Origin: Nanobdellota archaeon
Lineage (GTDB): Archaea > Nanobdellota > Nanobdellia > Pacearchaeales > GW2011-AR1
DNA: 64,000 nucleotides
Direction: 5' to 3'
NCBI GenBank assembly: GCA_049324275.1
Contig: JBMOLG010000006.1
Span: 118,056 to 182,055, forward strand
Part shown: in pieces, positions 45,413-53,758 of the stretch
How positions within the stretch are numbered: position 1 is the first letter of the stretch
Layout: each line of letters opens with the position of its first letter
Notes under the pieces: generated by a model
Seen by the model: the letters and a program-made list of their open reading frames with translations, nothing else
What the model was told of the DNA's origin: nothing
Databases searched by the model: none
Program-made: the position numbers and the translations under genes

Positions 45413-46312
45413 TTATTTTATTGCATCTTCTAAATAATTAAAATGTGTTTCATACAAATTTCTTATAATCGCTATTAATTCGTTGCAAGGCATATGAAAT
45501 TGCTTTTTCAAAAATTGTTCTCGTTCTTTTAATGAAAGAATTTCATGCTCAAAAATTATTTTTCTTAACTCTCCATGTTGCGAGTCAAAACTTCTTTTTT
45601 CTGTAATCTTTGGCTTTTTGGAATTATCATATATCAATAAACTTGTACATATATCTCTTAACATTTCTATCTTGGTATTAGCCAACTTGCAAAATCCAAG
45701 ATAATCTTCGGATTTAAGCTGTTTTGGTATAGAAATATCAAAAGAAAGATGATTTTGAAAATCAGAAAAGCTGGTTGAAGCCTGAATTGTATACGACTTT
45801 TTATTAGAAACTCTTTTCTTTTTATAATCGCAATATGTGTAAGCTAACACTTCACTAAAGAGCTTATAATCTCTAAGATTTTTTATGCACTCTGACAATA
45901 TTTCATTAGCTTGAGCGTTATCATGGCAATTATTTAATTTATTAAAATCAATCCGATTAAATGTAATTGGAACATCACCATTATATCTCCAATGATAACC
46001 ATGCAATGCCTCGTGCTCTAATGTATCCCACGGATCCTGAGCATTATTAATAGTTATAATATTTTTGTCCTTTTCCGGATGAAATCCTCCTGCACGTTGA
46101 AATTCAAAATTTGAAAAGTAATCATGCCTTGCGGCGGAAAAATTTGAAGTCATTGAAATTGGCTCTTCTTTTTTGTATTTAACTTCAAATTTTAATTTTT
46201 TGCAACAAAAAAATTTAGCAATTTCTCTATTGCTAAAATTAAATTGGAGATTTACCATTTTGTCTGCAAGCCACAATTGTATCTCATTTATTTTTTTGTC
46301 GATGTAGTTCAT
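45413..46312 (-). CDS. hypothetical protein with HExxH zinc-metalloprotease-like motif (299 aa)
   Basis: WDTLEHEALHGYHW. ATGA overlap with the upstream ORF 46309-46797. Confidence 0.45.
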   Translation of the reverse strand: MNYIDKKINEIQLWLADKMVNLQFNFSNREIAKFFCCKKLKFEVKYKKEEPISMTSNFSAARHDYFSNFEFQRAGGFHPEKDKNIITINNAQDPWDTLEHEALHGYHWRYNGDVPITFNRIDFNKLNNCHDNAQANEILSECIKNLRDYKLFSEVLAYTYCDYKKKRVSNKKSYTIQASTSFSDFQNHLSFDISIPKQLKSEDYLGFCKLANTKIEMLRDICTSLLIYDNSKKPKITEKRSFDSQHGELRKIIFEHEILSLKEREQFLKKQFHMPCNELIAIIRNLYETHFNYLEDAIK

Positions 46313-46797
46313 TTTATTATTGGTAAATATTTTGGATTGAAATTTTTGAATTTATCTGTTATTAAATTAAACGAGCCCATTGCTTTGGGTGATATGTGAA
46401 TCTCATTTAATCTTTCCAGGCTTAAACTATCTTCCACAAAGAAAATAGATAAATTAAGGCTGTGCCGTAATAATTTTGAAAGATATTGTTCATCTGTTTC
46501 AATTCCCAAAATTAATCCTCCATGATAATTCTCGTAATCATTCGCGTGCCCCAAAGCAATCTTGAAATCTGTAGTGATTGAAAAGCGTTTTACTCTCATT
46601 TCAATCTCACGCTCAGCATAAGTAGAACTCGCGAGAAACAATGCTAAATCCTCAATGCTCATTTGAAACTCTTGTTCATAATTTTTATTTGTCTTCTTTA
46701 ATTCTTTGAGTTTTATCTGGTAATTTGATAATATTGCTTTATCTTCTGCGATCAAAAGCCCTTTCTGCAAATTTGTTCCATGATAAATTAAAACCAT
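46309..46797 (-). CDS. hypothetical protein (162 aa)
   Basis: ATG ORF with a TATA-like box 21 nt upstream. No family recognised. Confidence 0.45.
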   Translation of the reverse strand: MVLIYHGTNLQKGLLIAEDKAILSNYQIKLKELKKTNKNYEQEFQMSIEDLALFLASSTYAEREIEMRVKRFSITTDFKIALGHANDYENYHGGLILGIETDEQYLSKLLRHSLNLSIFFVEDSLSLERLNEIHISPKAMGSFNLITDKFKNFNPKYLPIIK

Positions 46798-46951
46798 TAA
46801 AAATAAATTTCAAGTTAATTTAAAAATTTAACTACTTTTAAATAATATCATAGTTTATTATCGATAACAAAAGATTTGAAGATAAAGAAATCGTTCAACT
46901 TCAAAGTTTATTATTTGAAAATTATTGAAATTCGTTAGGTTAATAAAAAAC

Positions 46952-46959
46952 TTTATAAA
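46952..46959 (+). promoter_or_regulatory. TATA box TTTATAAA of the rpo7-spt4-S24e-S27ae operon
   Basis: Exactly 21 nt separate it from ATG 46981. Confidence 0.6.
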
Positions 46960-46980
46960 CCATCTTTAACATTTAAAAAA

Positions 46981-47565
46981 ATGTTCTATTTATGCGAAGT
47001 TGAAGATTACATAAGGGTAGAGCCAAAATTGTTCGGGCTTAATACTGACGAGGCTGTAAAAGAGCAGTTGAATGAAACCTATTCAGAATTTCAGGATAGG
47101 GATCTTGGAACTGTAATCACTGTTTTAGATGTATTGGACGTTGCTGACGGGATCATAATTCCAGGAGATGGGGCGGCATATTACAAATCCCGTTTTAAAT
47201 TAATAGTTTTTAAGCCAGAACTTCAGGAAGTTGCATTCGGTACTATTGAAGAAATCACAAGCTTTGGTGCATTTATCAATTTAGGCGTTGTAAGGGGGAT
47301 GATACACATTTCACAAACAATGGACGATTATGTATCTGCATCCAAAACTGGTTCATTAACTGGAAAAAATACTAAGAGGGCATTAAATGTAGGAGATAAT
47401 TGCATGGCAAGAATTGTCGCCATATCATACAAAGGGGAAGAGCCAAAGATAGGATTAACAATGAGACAACCCGGTTTAGGAAAAATAGAATGGATTAAGG
47501 CAGACAAAGAAAAATCAAAAAAACAAGTTAAAGCACCAAAACCAGAGGTTAATAAGAAAAAATGA
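46981..47565 (+). CDS. rpoE: RNA polymerase subunit Rpo7 (E-prime), S1 domain
   Basis: MFYLCEVEDYIRVEPKLFG..., S1 fold GTIEEITSFGAFINLGVVRGMIHISQ. Confidence 0.9.
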   Translation: MFYLCEVEDYIRVEPKLFGLNTDEAVKEQLNETYSEFQDRDLGTVITVLDVLDVADGIIIPGDGAAYYKSRFKLIVFKPELQEVAFGTIEEITSFGAFINLGVVRGMIHISQTMDDYVSASKTGSLTGKNTKRALNVGDNCMARIVAISYKGEEPKIGLTMRQPGLGKIEWIKADKEKSKKQVKAPKPEVNKKK

Positions 47566-47750
47566 CAAGAGAAAAAGCATGTTTAAACTGTAAAATTATA
47601 TTTGAAGGAGAAAAATGTCCTATATGCAATGGTACGGCTTCTACTGATGCGTTCAAGGGGAGATTGTATGTTTTCAATGTAGAAGATTCTGAAATTGCTA
47701 AAAATATGAAAATAAAACAAAAGGGCCAATTTGCAATCAAAGTAAAATAA
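47562..47750 (+). CDS. spt4: Transcription elongation factor Spt4 (RpoE2)
   Basis: Zinc ribbon CLNC...CPIC followed by FKGRLYVFNVEDSEIA. ATGA overlap with rpo7. Confidence 0.85.
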   Translation: MTREKACLNCKIIFEGEKCPICNGTASTDAFKGRLYVFNVEDSEIAKNMKIKQKGQFAIKVK

Positions 47751-47751
47751 C

Positions 47752-48078
47752 ATGGAATTTAAGATTTTAAAAAAAGAAAAGAATCCTTTGCTTTATAGGG
47801 AAGAACTAACGATTGAAGTAATTTCAAGCTCAACTCCAAATAAAGAAGAAATTATAAATAAATTAGAAAAAAGCAATGAAGTGGCAGTAATTAAAAGCAT
47901 TAATGGAACTTTTGGAACAAGTAGATTTAATATAGATGCAATTGTTTATGATTCCGCTGAACATAAGAATAATATAGAAATAATTCCAAAAAAAGTCAGG
48001 AAAAAAATGGAAGAAGAGCGTAAAAAATTAGAACAGGAAAAACAAAAAGCTCAGGAAGAGGCAAAGAGGGAAGCATAA
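47752..48078 (+). CDS. rps24e: Ribosomal protein S24e (eS24)
   Basis: ILKKEKNPLLYREELTIEV...STPNKEE....L. Conserved cluster position. Confidence 0.88.
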   Translation: MEFKILKKEKNPLLYREELTIEVISSSTPNKEEIINKLEKSNEVAVIKSINGTFGTSRFNIDAIVYDSAEHKNNIEIIPKKVRKKMEEERKKLEQEKQKAQEEAKREA

Positions 48079-48284
48079 TGGCAATAAAAGCAAAAATTAA
48101 AGGCAAAAAAAAGCATAAAAACAATCCTACTTCAAAGAAATATACTAAGTATAAAGTTGATGGAAATAAAATTGTGCGAGAAAAATATTGCCCAAGATGC
48201 GGACCAGGGATTTTTTTATTGCAGGGCCAAAATAGATTATATTGTGGCAAATGCCACTTGACCGAATTTGTCAAGGAAAAGTAA
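48078..48284 (+). CDS. rps27ae: Ribosomal protein S27ae (eS31)
   Basis: Zinc ribbon CPRCGPGIFLLQGQNRLYCGKCHLTEF. TAATG overlap with S24e. Confidence 0.9.
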   Translation: MAIKAKIKGKKKHKNNPTSKKYTKYKVDGNKIVREKYCPRCGPGIFLLQGQNRLYCGKCHLTEFVKEK

Positions 48285-48350
48285 TTAGTTGTTTCTAAAA
48301 AGTAGTAAAAAAATGGAAAGATTTAAATAGATAATATGCTTTAATTCTGT

Positions 48351-48821
48351 ATGATAAAAATATTAAATTGGTTTTCAAACAGAAGAACAAATGAATTAGA
48401 AAGAAAGTTAAGAGAATCACAACAAGAAAATCAAAGGTTGAAATTGTTACGAGAACAAGAAAGATATGGAAATTCTTTATATCAAGCTTTATTAAAGGCA
48501 AAAGAAGAGAATACTGGTTTCAATATATTAGAAGAAGGAAAACATGATAAGAATGTTATAATGTATATTACTCATGGAAATGATAATGACCGATATAGAA
48601 TTGTTGTAGGGACTGCAAGGCGTGAATTTGAAGAAACATCTATGGTTAATGATGGAACTATTCTGAAAGTTTATTTAGATTTAAATGCTGAAAAAATAAC
48701 TGCATGGGAAGGAGATATGCCTACACATTCAATAAATTATGAGGGAAATTTCCCTGCAAAATTAGAATTGGCAAAACGAGAATTATCAGAAATTGTCAGG
48801 AATTATCAAGAATATCATTAG
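48351..48821 (+). CDS. hypothetical protein (156 aa)
   Basis: TTTAAATA at 48322-48329 lies 21 nt upstream. Distant resemblance to the next ORF. Confidence 0.5.
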   Translation: MIKILNWFSNRRTNELERKLRESQQENQRLKLLREQERYGNSLYQALLKAKEENTGFNILEEGKHDKNVIMYITHGNDNDRYRIVVGTARREFEETSMVNDGTILKVYLDLNAEKITAWEGDMPTHSINYEGNFPAKLELAKRELSEIVRNYQEYH

Positions 48822-48855
48822 AAAAAAATAAAAATTCTATAGAATAAATAGATTA

Positions 48856-49272
48856 ATGACATTAAGATTAAATTCTATTGCTAAAAATTCCAATATTCTA
48901 AACAATAATTCCCGGAATTTTTTATATAACTTAAGTTTAGAGGAAGAATATGGTAAACAATTGTTATCTTCTTTGAGGCAGGCACGAGCACAAAATGACT
49001 TGATAAACTCAAAAGGATTGGAAATGACTATTCAAGGTTCAAATGAGAAAGAAGGCTATAAATTGAATATAGAATTAAGAAGTAATAAGAGTATTAAGCC
49101 AATTCCCATCTTAAATATTATTATCAATTCAACTACAAATATTATGAGAATTTATTATGGGATCATGACAATCTCCAACAATGTTCAATTGTCTTCATTT
49201 AAATTAGAATTATACAACTTATGCAATTATATAAGAAATTATGACCCTGGAAAAATTGAGCTTAAAATTTAA
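48856..49272 (+). CDS. hypothetical protein (138 aa), possible distant paralogue of 48351-48821
   Basis: Shared landmarks are E.YG..L...L..A...N near the N-terminus and KLEL......(I/V)RNY near the C-terminus. Confidence 0.45.
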   Translation: MTLRLNSIAKNSNILNNNSRNFLYNLSLEEEYGKQLLSSLRQARAQNDLINSKGLEMTIQGSNEKEGYKLNIELRSNKSIKPIPILNIIINSTTNIMRIYYGIMTISNNVQLSSFKLELYNLCNYIRNYDPGKIELKI

Positions 49273-49703
49273 ATTAAAGTTTTATTACCCTTGCAAGTTA
49301 AAATATTGTCATCTTCCCTTCCTCTGTCAATTTTGCCATTGCCATTCGCATCAATTATATAATATGGAGCTCCTTCACGTAGTTTATAATCTTCTCCTAT
49401 AAATTGTGCTCCTGCATTCATTCTCAATATTACTTCACGATAATTAGCTATTTCTTCAGCAGGAACTTCCCCCCTAGCGTAATCTGTAATTGTATCTCCT
49501 TTCTGAGCAAATATTCGCATGACATTCATTCTATTGTATTTTGAATTATGTGAAGGAATTATGTAAGATGCACCGGCCAATATTATGAAGACTGCTGAAA
49601 ACTGAAGAAAAGTTTTTCCATACTCTATGATTTTGTTTGTCCTGGAACCATTTAATTCTTCTATTATTAGCTCTCGCTGAAAGTCCCTTAATCCCTTAGT
49701 CAT
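49269..49703 (-). CDS. membrane-anchored hypothetical protein (144 aa)
   Basis: Start moved to ATG 49703, exactly 21 nt after TTTATATA (49725-49732). One TM helix (FLQFSAVFIILAGASYII). Confidence 0.45.
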   Translation of the reverse strand: MTKGLRDFQRELIIEELNGSRTNKIIEYGKTFLQFSAVFIILAGASYIIPSHNSKYNRMNVMRIFAQKGDTITDYARGEVPAEEIANYREVILRMNAGAQFIGEDYKLREGAPYYIIDANGNGKIDRGREDDNILTCKGNKTLI

Positions 49704-49829
49704 GTTGCTACATAAAAGTTTTATTATATAAATCTTTGGAACATAATCGGCTTGATGTAAAAATTTATAAAATTCTTTTAATTGAATTAAAAGCATATAC
49801 TATAAGATTTTTGTCTTAATAATCATAAA

Positions 49830-49887
49830 CCCTGGAAGAGGCCTATAGAGCGAAACAAATAGTATGCTCTATTTGCCTCTTCTGGGG
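49830..49887 (+). ncRNA. Candidate structured small RNA: 13-bp plus 7-bp interrupted hairpin
   Basis: CCCUGGAAGAGGC...GCCUCUUCUGGGG (two G-U pairs, which are A-C on the other strand) enclosing AUAGAGC/GCUCUAU. Unusually GC-rich. It starts 21 nt after a TATA-like CTATAAGA-type box (49801-49808). Confidence 0.35.
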
Positions 49888-49897
49888 AAAAAGAGGT

Positions 49898-49916
49898 GAT
49901 ATTATATTATAATATC
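49898..49916. repeat. Perfect 19-bp palindrome GATATTATA-T-TATAATATC
   Basis: Seen directly. It is preceded by GAGGTGAT (49893-49900), which is complementary to the usual 16S 3' end. Confidence 0.5.
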
Positions 49917-50006
49917 CCAACTATTTAAACCTTTCGGTTTGTTGTAACTTTGAAATGACACTTAACTTTTAGAATATTTATTAAATGCAGCCTACAATGT
50001 CTTTTT

Positions 50007-50855
50007 ATGGTCGATGATAATGAGAAAATAAATCAATCTCAATTTTACGATTTGATTACAGGGGAAGAATTAAGCTGGCAATCTATCATATATGATCTTG
50101 TAAAGACAGAACAGCTTGACCCTTGGGATATAGATATTGTCATCCTTGCTGATAAGTATCTTTCTATCATTCAGGAATTAGAAGAGGCGAATTTTTTTGT
50201 TTCTTCAAAGGTTTTATTGGCATGCGCATTAATATTAAGGTTGAAATCTGAAATTCTTTTAAATAAGCATATTCAAGGTTTAGACGAGGCGCTATACGGC
50301 AAAAAAGAAGAAAAATCATATGAATATGAAAAAATAGAAATTGATGAAAATGAGCTCCCCATTCTTATTCCAAGGACACCAATGCCAAGATATAAAAAAG
50401 TAACTTTAGATGAGTTGATGTCTGCACTTAATCAGGCCATTGAAACCGAAACAAGAAGAATACGAAAGGAAATCAAGCAAAAAAGGGCTGAAAAATCCGC
50501 TCTAGTTGTATTGCCAAAATCAGACAGAATTCCATTAAAAGACAAAATAAAAAATGTATACCAAAAGATAAGAAGTTTTCTTAGCCATCCTGAAAAAAAG
50601 CATATGATGTATTCAGAACTTGCCCAAACTAAGGAAGAAAGGCTAGCTTCATTCCTGCCAATCCTGCATTTGTCAAACCAGGAAAAATTATTCCTTGAAC
50701 AGGAAAATCACTTTGATGAAATCTTTATGAGTTTAGAAAAATCAAAAAAAGAGCTTGAAGAAATCAGCAGTGAGCTTGATGAAGAAATTGATGAAAGCCA
50801 ATTTGAAAATTTAGAATCTGATGAAACAGCGGATCAAATAACAGATAGAACCTAA
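50007..50855 (+). CDS. scpA: Segregation and condensation protein A (kleisin ScpA)
   Basis: LDPWDIDIVILADKYLSIIQELEEANFFVSSKVLLACALILRLKSEILL plus a C-terminal winged-helix region and an acidic tail. Confidence 0.8.
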   Translation: MVDDNEKINQSQFYDLITGEELSWQSIIYDLVKTEQLDPWDIDIVILADKYLSIIQELEEANFFVSSKVLLACALILRLKSEILLNKHIQGLDEALYGKKEEKSYEYEKIEIDENELPILIPRTPMPRYKKVTLDELMSALNQAIETETRRIRKEIKQKRAEKSALVVLPKSDRIPLKDKIKNVYQKIRSFLSHPEKKHMMYSELAQTKEERLASFLPILHLSNQEKLFLEQENHFDEIFMSLEKSKKELEEISSELDEEIDESQFENLESDETADQITDRT

Positions 50856-50869
50856 TAGTGTGAAGAGGA

Positions 50870-51160
50870 TTAGAATTTATATTTTTCTAAAAACTTGAAA
50901 ATAATAAAATAAGATAATACTATTCCTGAGATTAAGATATGACATAAAAATTGAATAAGTATTGTAATCTCTTTTATCCCATCTAAAATCATAATAAAAA
51001 AAGCTGTGAGAATTATCAATAAAATACTATTCTTGATGTCGGGTAACCAATTTTTTCCATTCTTTCATCGACAATTCTCTTCTTATTTTTAAAGTTTAAA
51101 AGAGTGATCATTGCAAGCATAACAAATCCGATGTAAATAAGCCAACTGCCTAGACATGAA
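50870..51160 (-). pseudogene. Decayed paralogue of the membrane protein 51464-51895
   Basis: Stop- and frameshift-broken frames read ...GSWLIYIGFVMLAMITLLNFKNKKRIVDERMEKIG... and ...ILTAFFIMILDGIKEITILIQFL... (compare RGWLYIGVILAVIFL...MKKDEREILHEAK). No start codon in frame. Confidence 0.3.
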
Positions 51161-51260
51161 AAATTGAAAAATCTTTTTTAAAATTAAAATAGTTTAATAA
51201 TATCCGCGTAATTATTATAACAATCGCAAAGAATATTTGATAGGATTTCCTTTGATTTTT

Positions 51261-51455
51261 TCATTTTAACTTAAAAACTTCCTCGATGTTTTTTCTTTTC
51301 AATGCTTTTGTAATTTTATATGCAAGTTCCAATGACGGATTATATTTCCCCTGTTCCAATGAAATAATAGTTTGGCGCGTTACGTTTACTGCCTCGGCCA
51401 AATCTTCCTGGGTCATGCTCAACTTCTTTCTGTAAATACTTATTTTTGTTTTCAT
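51261..51455 (-). CDS. XRE/Cro-type HTH transcriptional regulator (64 aa)
   Basis: [42 protein letters not shown]. Confidence 0.85.
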   Translation of the reverse strand: MKTKISIYRKKLSMTQEDLAEAVNVTRQTIISLEQGKYNPSLELAYKITKALKRKNIEEVFKLK

Positions 51456-51463
51456 TTTTCATT

Positions 51464-51895
51464 TTAATCTCTTTTGTCATAATAATAATTTGAAATTGCC
51501 TTTGTTATCAATCCCATGATTAATGCAGTTATAATGACCCAGTCAACTGAAAAATTATTTGCGATAATTCCGGATGAGATCTGATAAGCAATGCCAAAGC
51601 ATAGGACGGTTATAATCGCCCATAATGCATTCCTTTCTGCCTTTGCCTCATGCAAAATTTCTCTTTCATCTTTTTTCATTTTAAACATCACATCCAAAAG
51701 GTCAATTATTATTAAAACCGCAAATATCATGTTAAACACAATCTTTATTGAATCATTCTGGAAAGGAATAAGTTGAATTAGGAATATAACTGCCAAAATC
51801 ACTCCAATATAAAGCCAGCCCCTCCAATCTTTCGGGCTAAGCCCCCATCCCGTATACTTTCTTCTTTGGAACCATTCCGGTTTAGCGATAACCAT
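51464..51895 (-). CDS. four-TM membrane protein partnered with the XRE regulator (143 aa)
   Basis: It ends 8 nt upstream of the HTH gene. The K-rich DER loop between TM pairs is reminiscent of the small membrane proteins usually paired with COG1476-type regulators (tentative). Confidence 0.5.
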   Translation of the reverse strand: MVIAKPEWFQRRKYTGWGLSPKDWRGWLYIGVILAVIFLIQLIPFQNDSIKIVFNMIFAVLIIIDLLDVMFKMKKDEREILHEAKAERNALWAIITVLCFGIAYQISSGIIANNFSVDWVIITALIMGLITKAISNYYYDKRD

Positions 51896-51955
51896 GTAAA
51901 AAATATATTACATTGTCTATTTAAATCTTTCGATATATGTAAAAAATACAATACA

Positions 51956-52366
51956 TTAAGAAAAAGCCAGTCTAACTTCTTCATCCATCCCTTTTATATA
52001 ATCTAACAAATAAAACTCTTCAGGAGCTACCCATTTAAAGTCATCAAAATCCTCTGAGATTTTTACATTATCTGATTTAGCAATAACTTCAAAACAAAAT
52101 CCTACAACATTATGCCCATCAGGGCGCATAAATGTAAAATCCCTTAAAAATCGTTTTTCATCCTTAATTCTTAAACCTACCTCCTCCATTACTTCACGTT
52201 TAATTGTATCAAGAACATTCTCTCCTTTTTCCAATTTTCCTCCGGGGAAAGCCCATTTTCCCGGATGGGCAATTTCCTTTTTGCTCCTTTTAATGACCAG
52301 AAATTTGTCTCCTTTCTTATTCTTAATGAAAGCATTTATTGCGATGATATGTTTTTTATTTTCCAT
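51956..52366 (-). CDS. NUDIX hydrolase
   Basis: Nudix box GKWAFPGGKLEKGENVLDTIKREVMEEVGL. Confidence 0.85.
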   Translation of the reverse strand: MENKKHIIAINAFIKNKKGDKFLVIKRSKKEIAHPGKWAFPGGKLEKGENVLDTIKREVMEEVGLRIKDEKRFLRDFTFMRPDGHNVVGFCFEVIAKSDNVKISEDFDDFKWVAPEEFYLLDYIKGMDEEVRLAFS

Positions 52367-52446
52367 TTTTGATGAGTTATTATTGAAACTTTAATTTATT
52401 GTCTTATTACAATAATCTTTATAAAATAAATCCTCTGAATGTTTTT

Positions 52447-53061
52447 ATGCTTATTGAAGAAACAAAAAAGAGGAATGTTGCATATAAATTAAGAATAGGA
52501 GACATTCTAAAATCAAAGCCAATTGTTCAGGACGGAAAATTTTTATTTTTAGAACTAGGCGACAAAAAGATTGTGCGTATTAATGTTGTAGCCAACATAA
52601 TTGAAAAATATGAGTCAGAAGGAGAAAAAAAGTTTTCTTCAATAACTGTTGATGATGCTTCAGGGCAGATAAAATTAAAGGCATTTGGTGATGATACTGA
52701 AATCCTTAAGGGATTTCTTCAGGGAGACACGTTAAGAATAATCGGAACAATACGCGAATACAACAGTGAATTATATATTTTACCTGAAATCGCAAAAAAA
52801 ATCGACCCTAAATGGCTCATGGTCAGAAAGCTTGAAATTCAAAATTTAAGAAAAGACATGCCGATCCAAGCAAAAGGTCCTGTAAGAGATATTCTTCTTC
52901 AAAAGATCAAAAATGCTGAAACTAATGGGGGAATTGATATAGACAGCATAATATTAGATACAGAAGCATCTCCAGATCTGATAAATCAAGAAATCAGAAA
53001 ATTGCTCGAGGAAGGTTTGATATACGAGCCTCGCCCAGGAAGATTAAGATATTTGGGTTAG
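52447..53061 (+). CDS. OB-fold plus C-terminal winged-helix protein, RPA32/Rpa2-like ssDNA-binding candidate
   Basis: OB core VRINVVANIIEKYESEGEKKFSSITVDDASGQIKLKAFGDD...LRIIGTIREYNSELYI and a C-terminal wH LLEEGLIYEPRPGRLRYL. Start at the ATG 21 nt after TTTATAAA 52418-52425. Confidence 0.5.
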   Translation: MLIEETKKRNVAYKLRIGDILKSKPIVQDGKFLFLELGDKKIVRINVVANIIEKYESEGEKKFSSITVDDASGQIKLKAFGDDTEILKGFLQGDTLRIIGTIREYNSELYILPEIAKKIDPKWLMVRKLEIQNLRKDMPIQAKGPVRDILLQKIKNAETNGGIDIDSIILDTEASPDLINQEIRKLLEEGLIYEPRPGRLRYLG

Positions 53062-53121
53062 TTATTATATGCAATAAATAAGACATCATAATTTTAAGAG
53101 CATATTTGAATTATCTTCTTT

Positions 53122-53703
53122 ATGAATAAAAAAATAAAAAATACTCTTGCAATTTTTAGTTCTGCTTTGATTTTTTCAGCATGTAAATTCAAAAAGATTG
53201 ATATTGAAGCCAAATTTCCCGTATCTACATTTGTAACAGGAGAAAGTGAATCTTATTTAGTTTCAAAGAATCAATCATGGAGAATCAAGGATGAAAGTTC
53301 TCCTCTTGAGATAATTTTCTTTATGCCTAAGATTCCAAAACTCAATGAAAAGATTATGAGAGTAGCTGAAATAATTGAAAAAGAAGGTTATACTCAGCAA
53401 TTTACAAATAAAAAAGAAGAATATATCAAGCAGTTAGATTTTGAAGAAGGAGGATTATATTATAGATTTGAATTAACTAATTATAATGAAAATTTAAGCA
53501 ATAAAATGGATTCGCTTCATTTTAGCATTTATAACAAAATATTAAGCCTTACATTTATAAAATATGATTTTTTAGATATCGGGCTTAAGGGATTGGATAT
53601 GGCAGCCGAATTTCCTGAAAGAAGATTTGAGATTTCAAAATATCAATCAATCTATGAAAAATATCTTGATATCTTCCTATTAAAACATGAAAATCCTGAA
53701 TGA
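53122..53703 (+). CDS. putative lipoprotein (193 aa)
   Basis: Signal peptide with a lipobox-like ALIFSAC. Confidence 0.45.
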   Translation: MNKKIKNTLAIFSSALIFSACKFKKIDIEAKFPVSTFVTGESESYLVSKNQSWRIKDESSPLEIIFFMPKIPKLNEKIMRVAEIIEKEGYTQQFTNKKEEYIKQLDFEEGGLYYRFELTNYNENLSNKMDSLHFSIYNKILSLTFIKYDFLDIGLKGLDMAAEFPERRFEISKYQSIYEKYLDIFLLKHENPE

Positions 53704-53758
53704 TACTTATATAAAACAATATAACAATTAATTTAAATTTAATTAAAAGAGAAAAATA

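Noticed and set aside
46309-46797. Possible minimal ADP-ribosyltransferase (N-terminal IYHGT, later STY and GIE, suggesting an H-Y-E triad)
   Set aside because: This rests on three short, common motifs with no supporting secondary-structure or family context. It is not supportable by eye.
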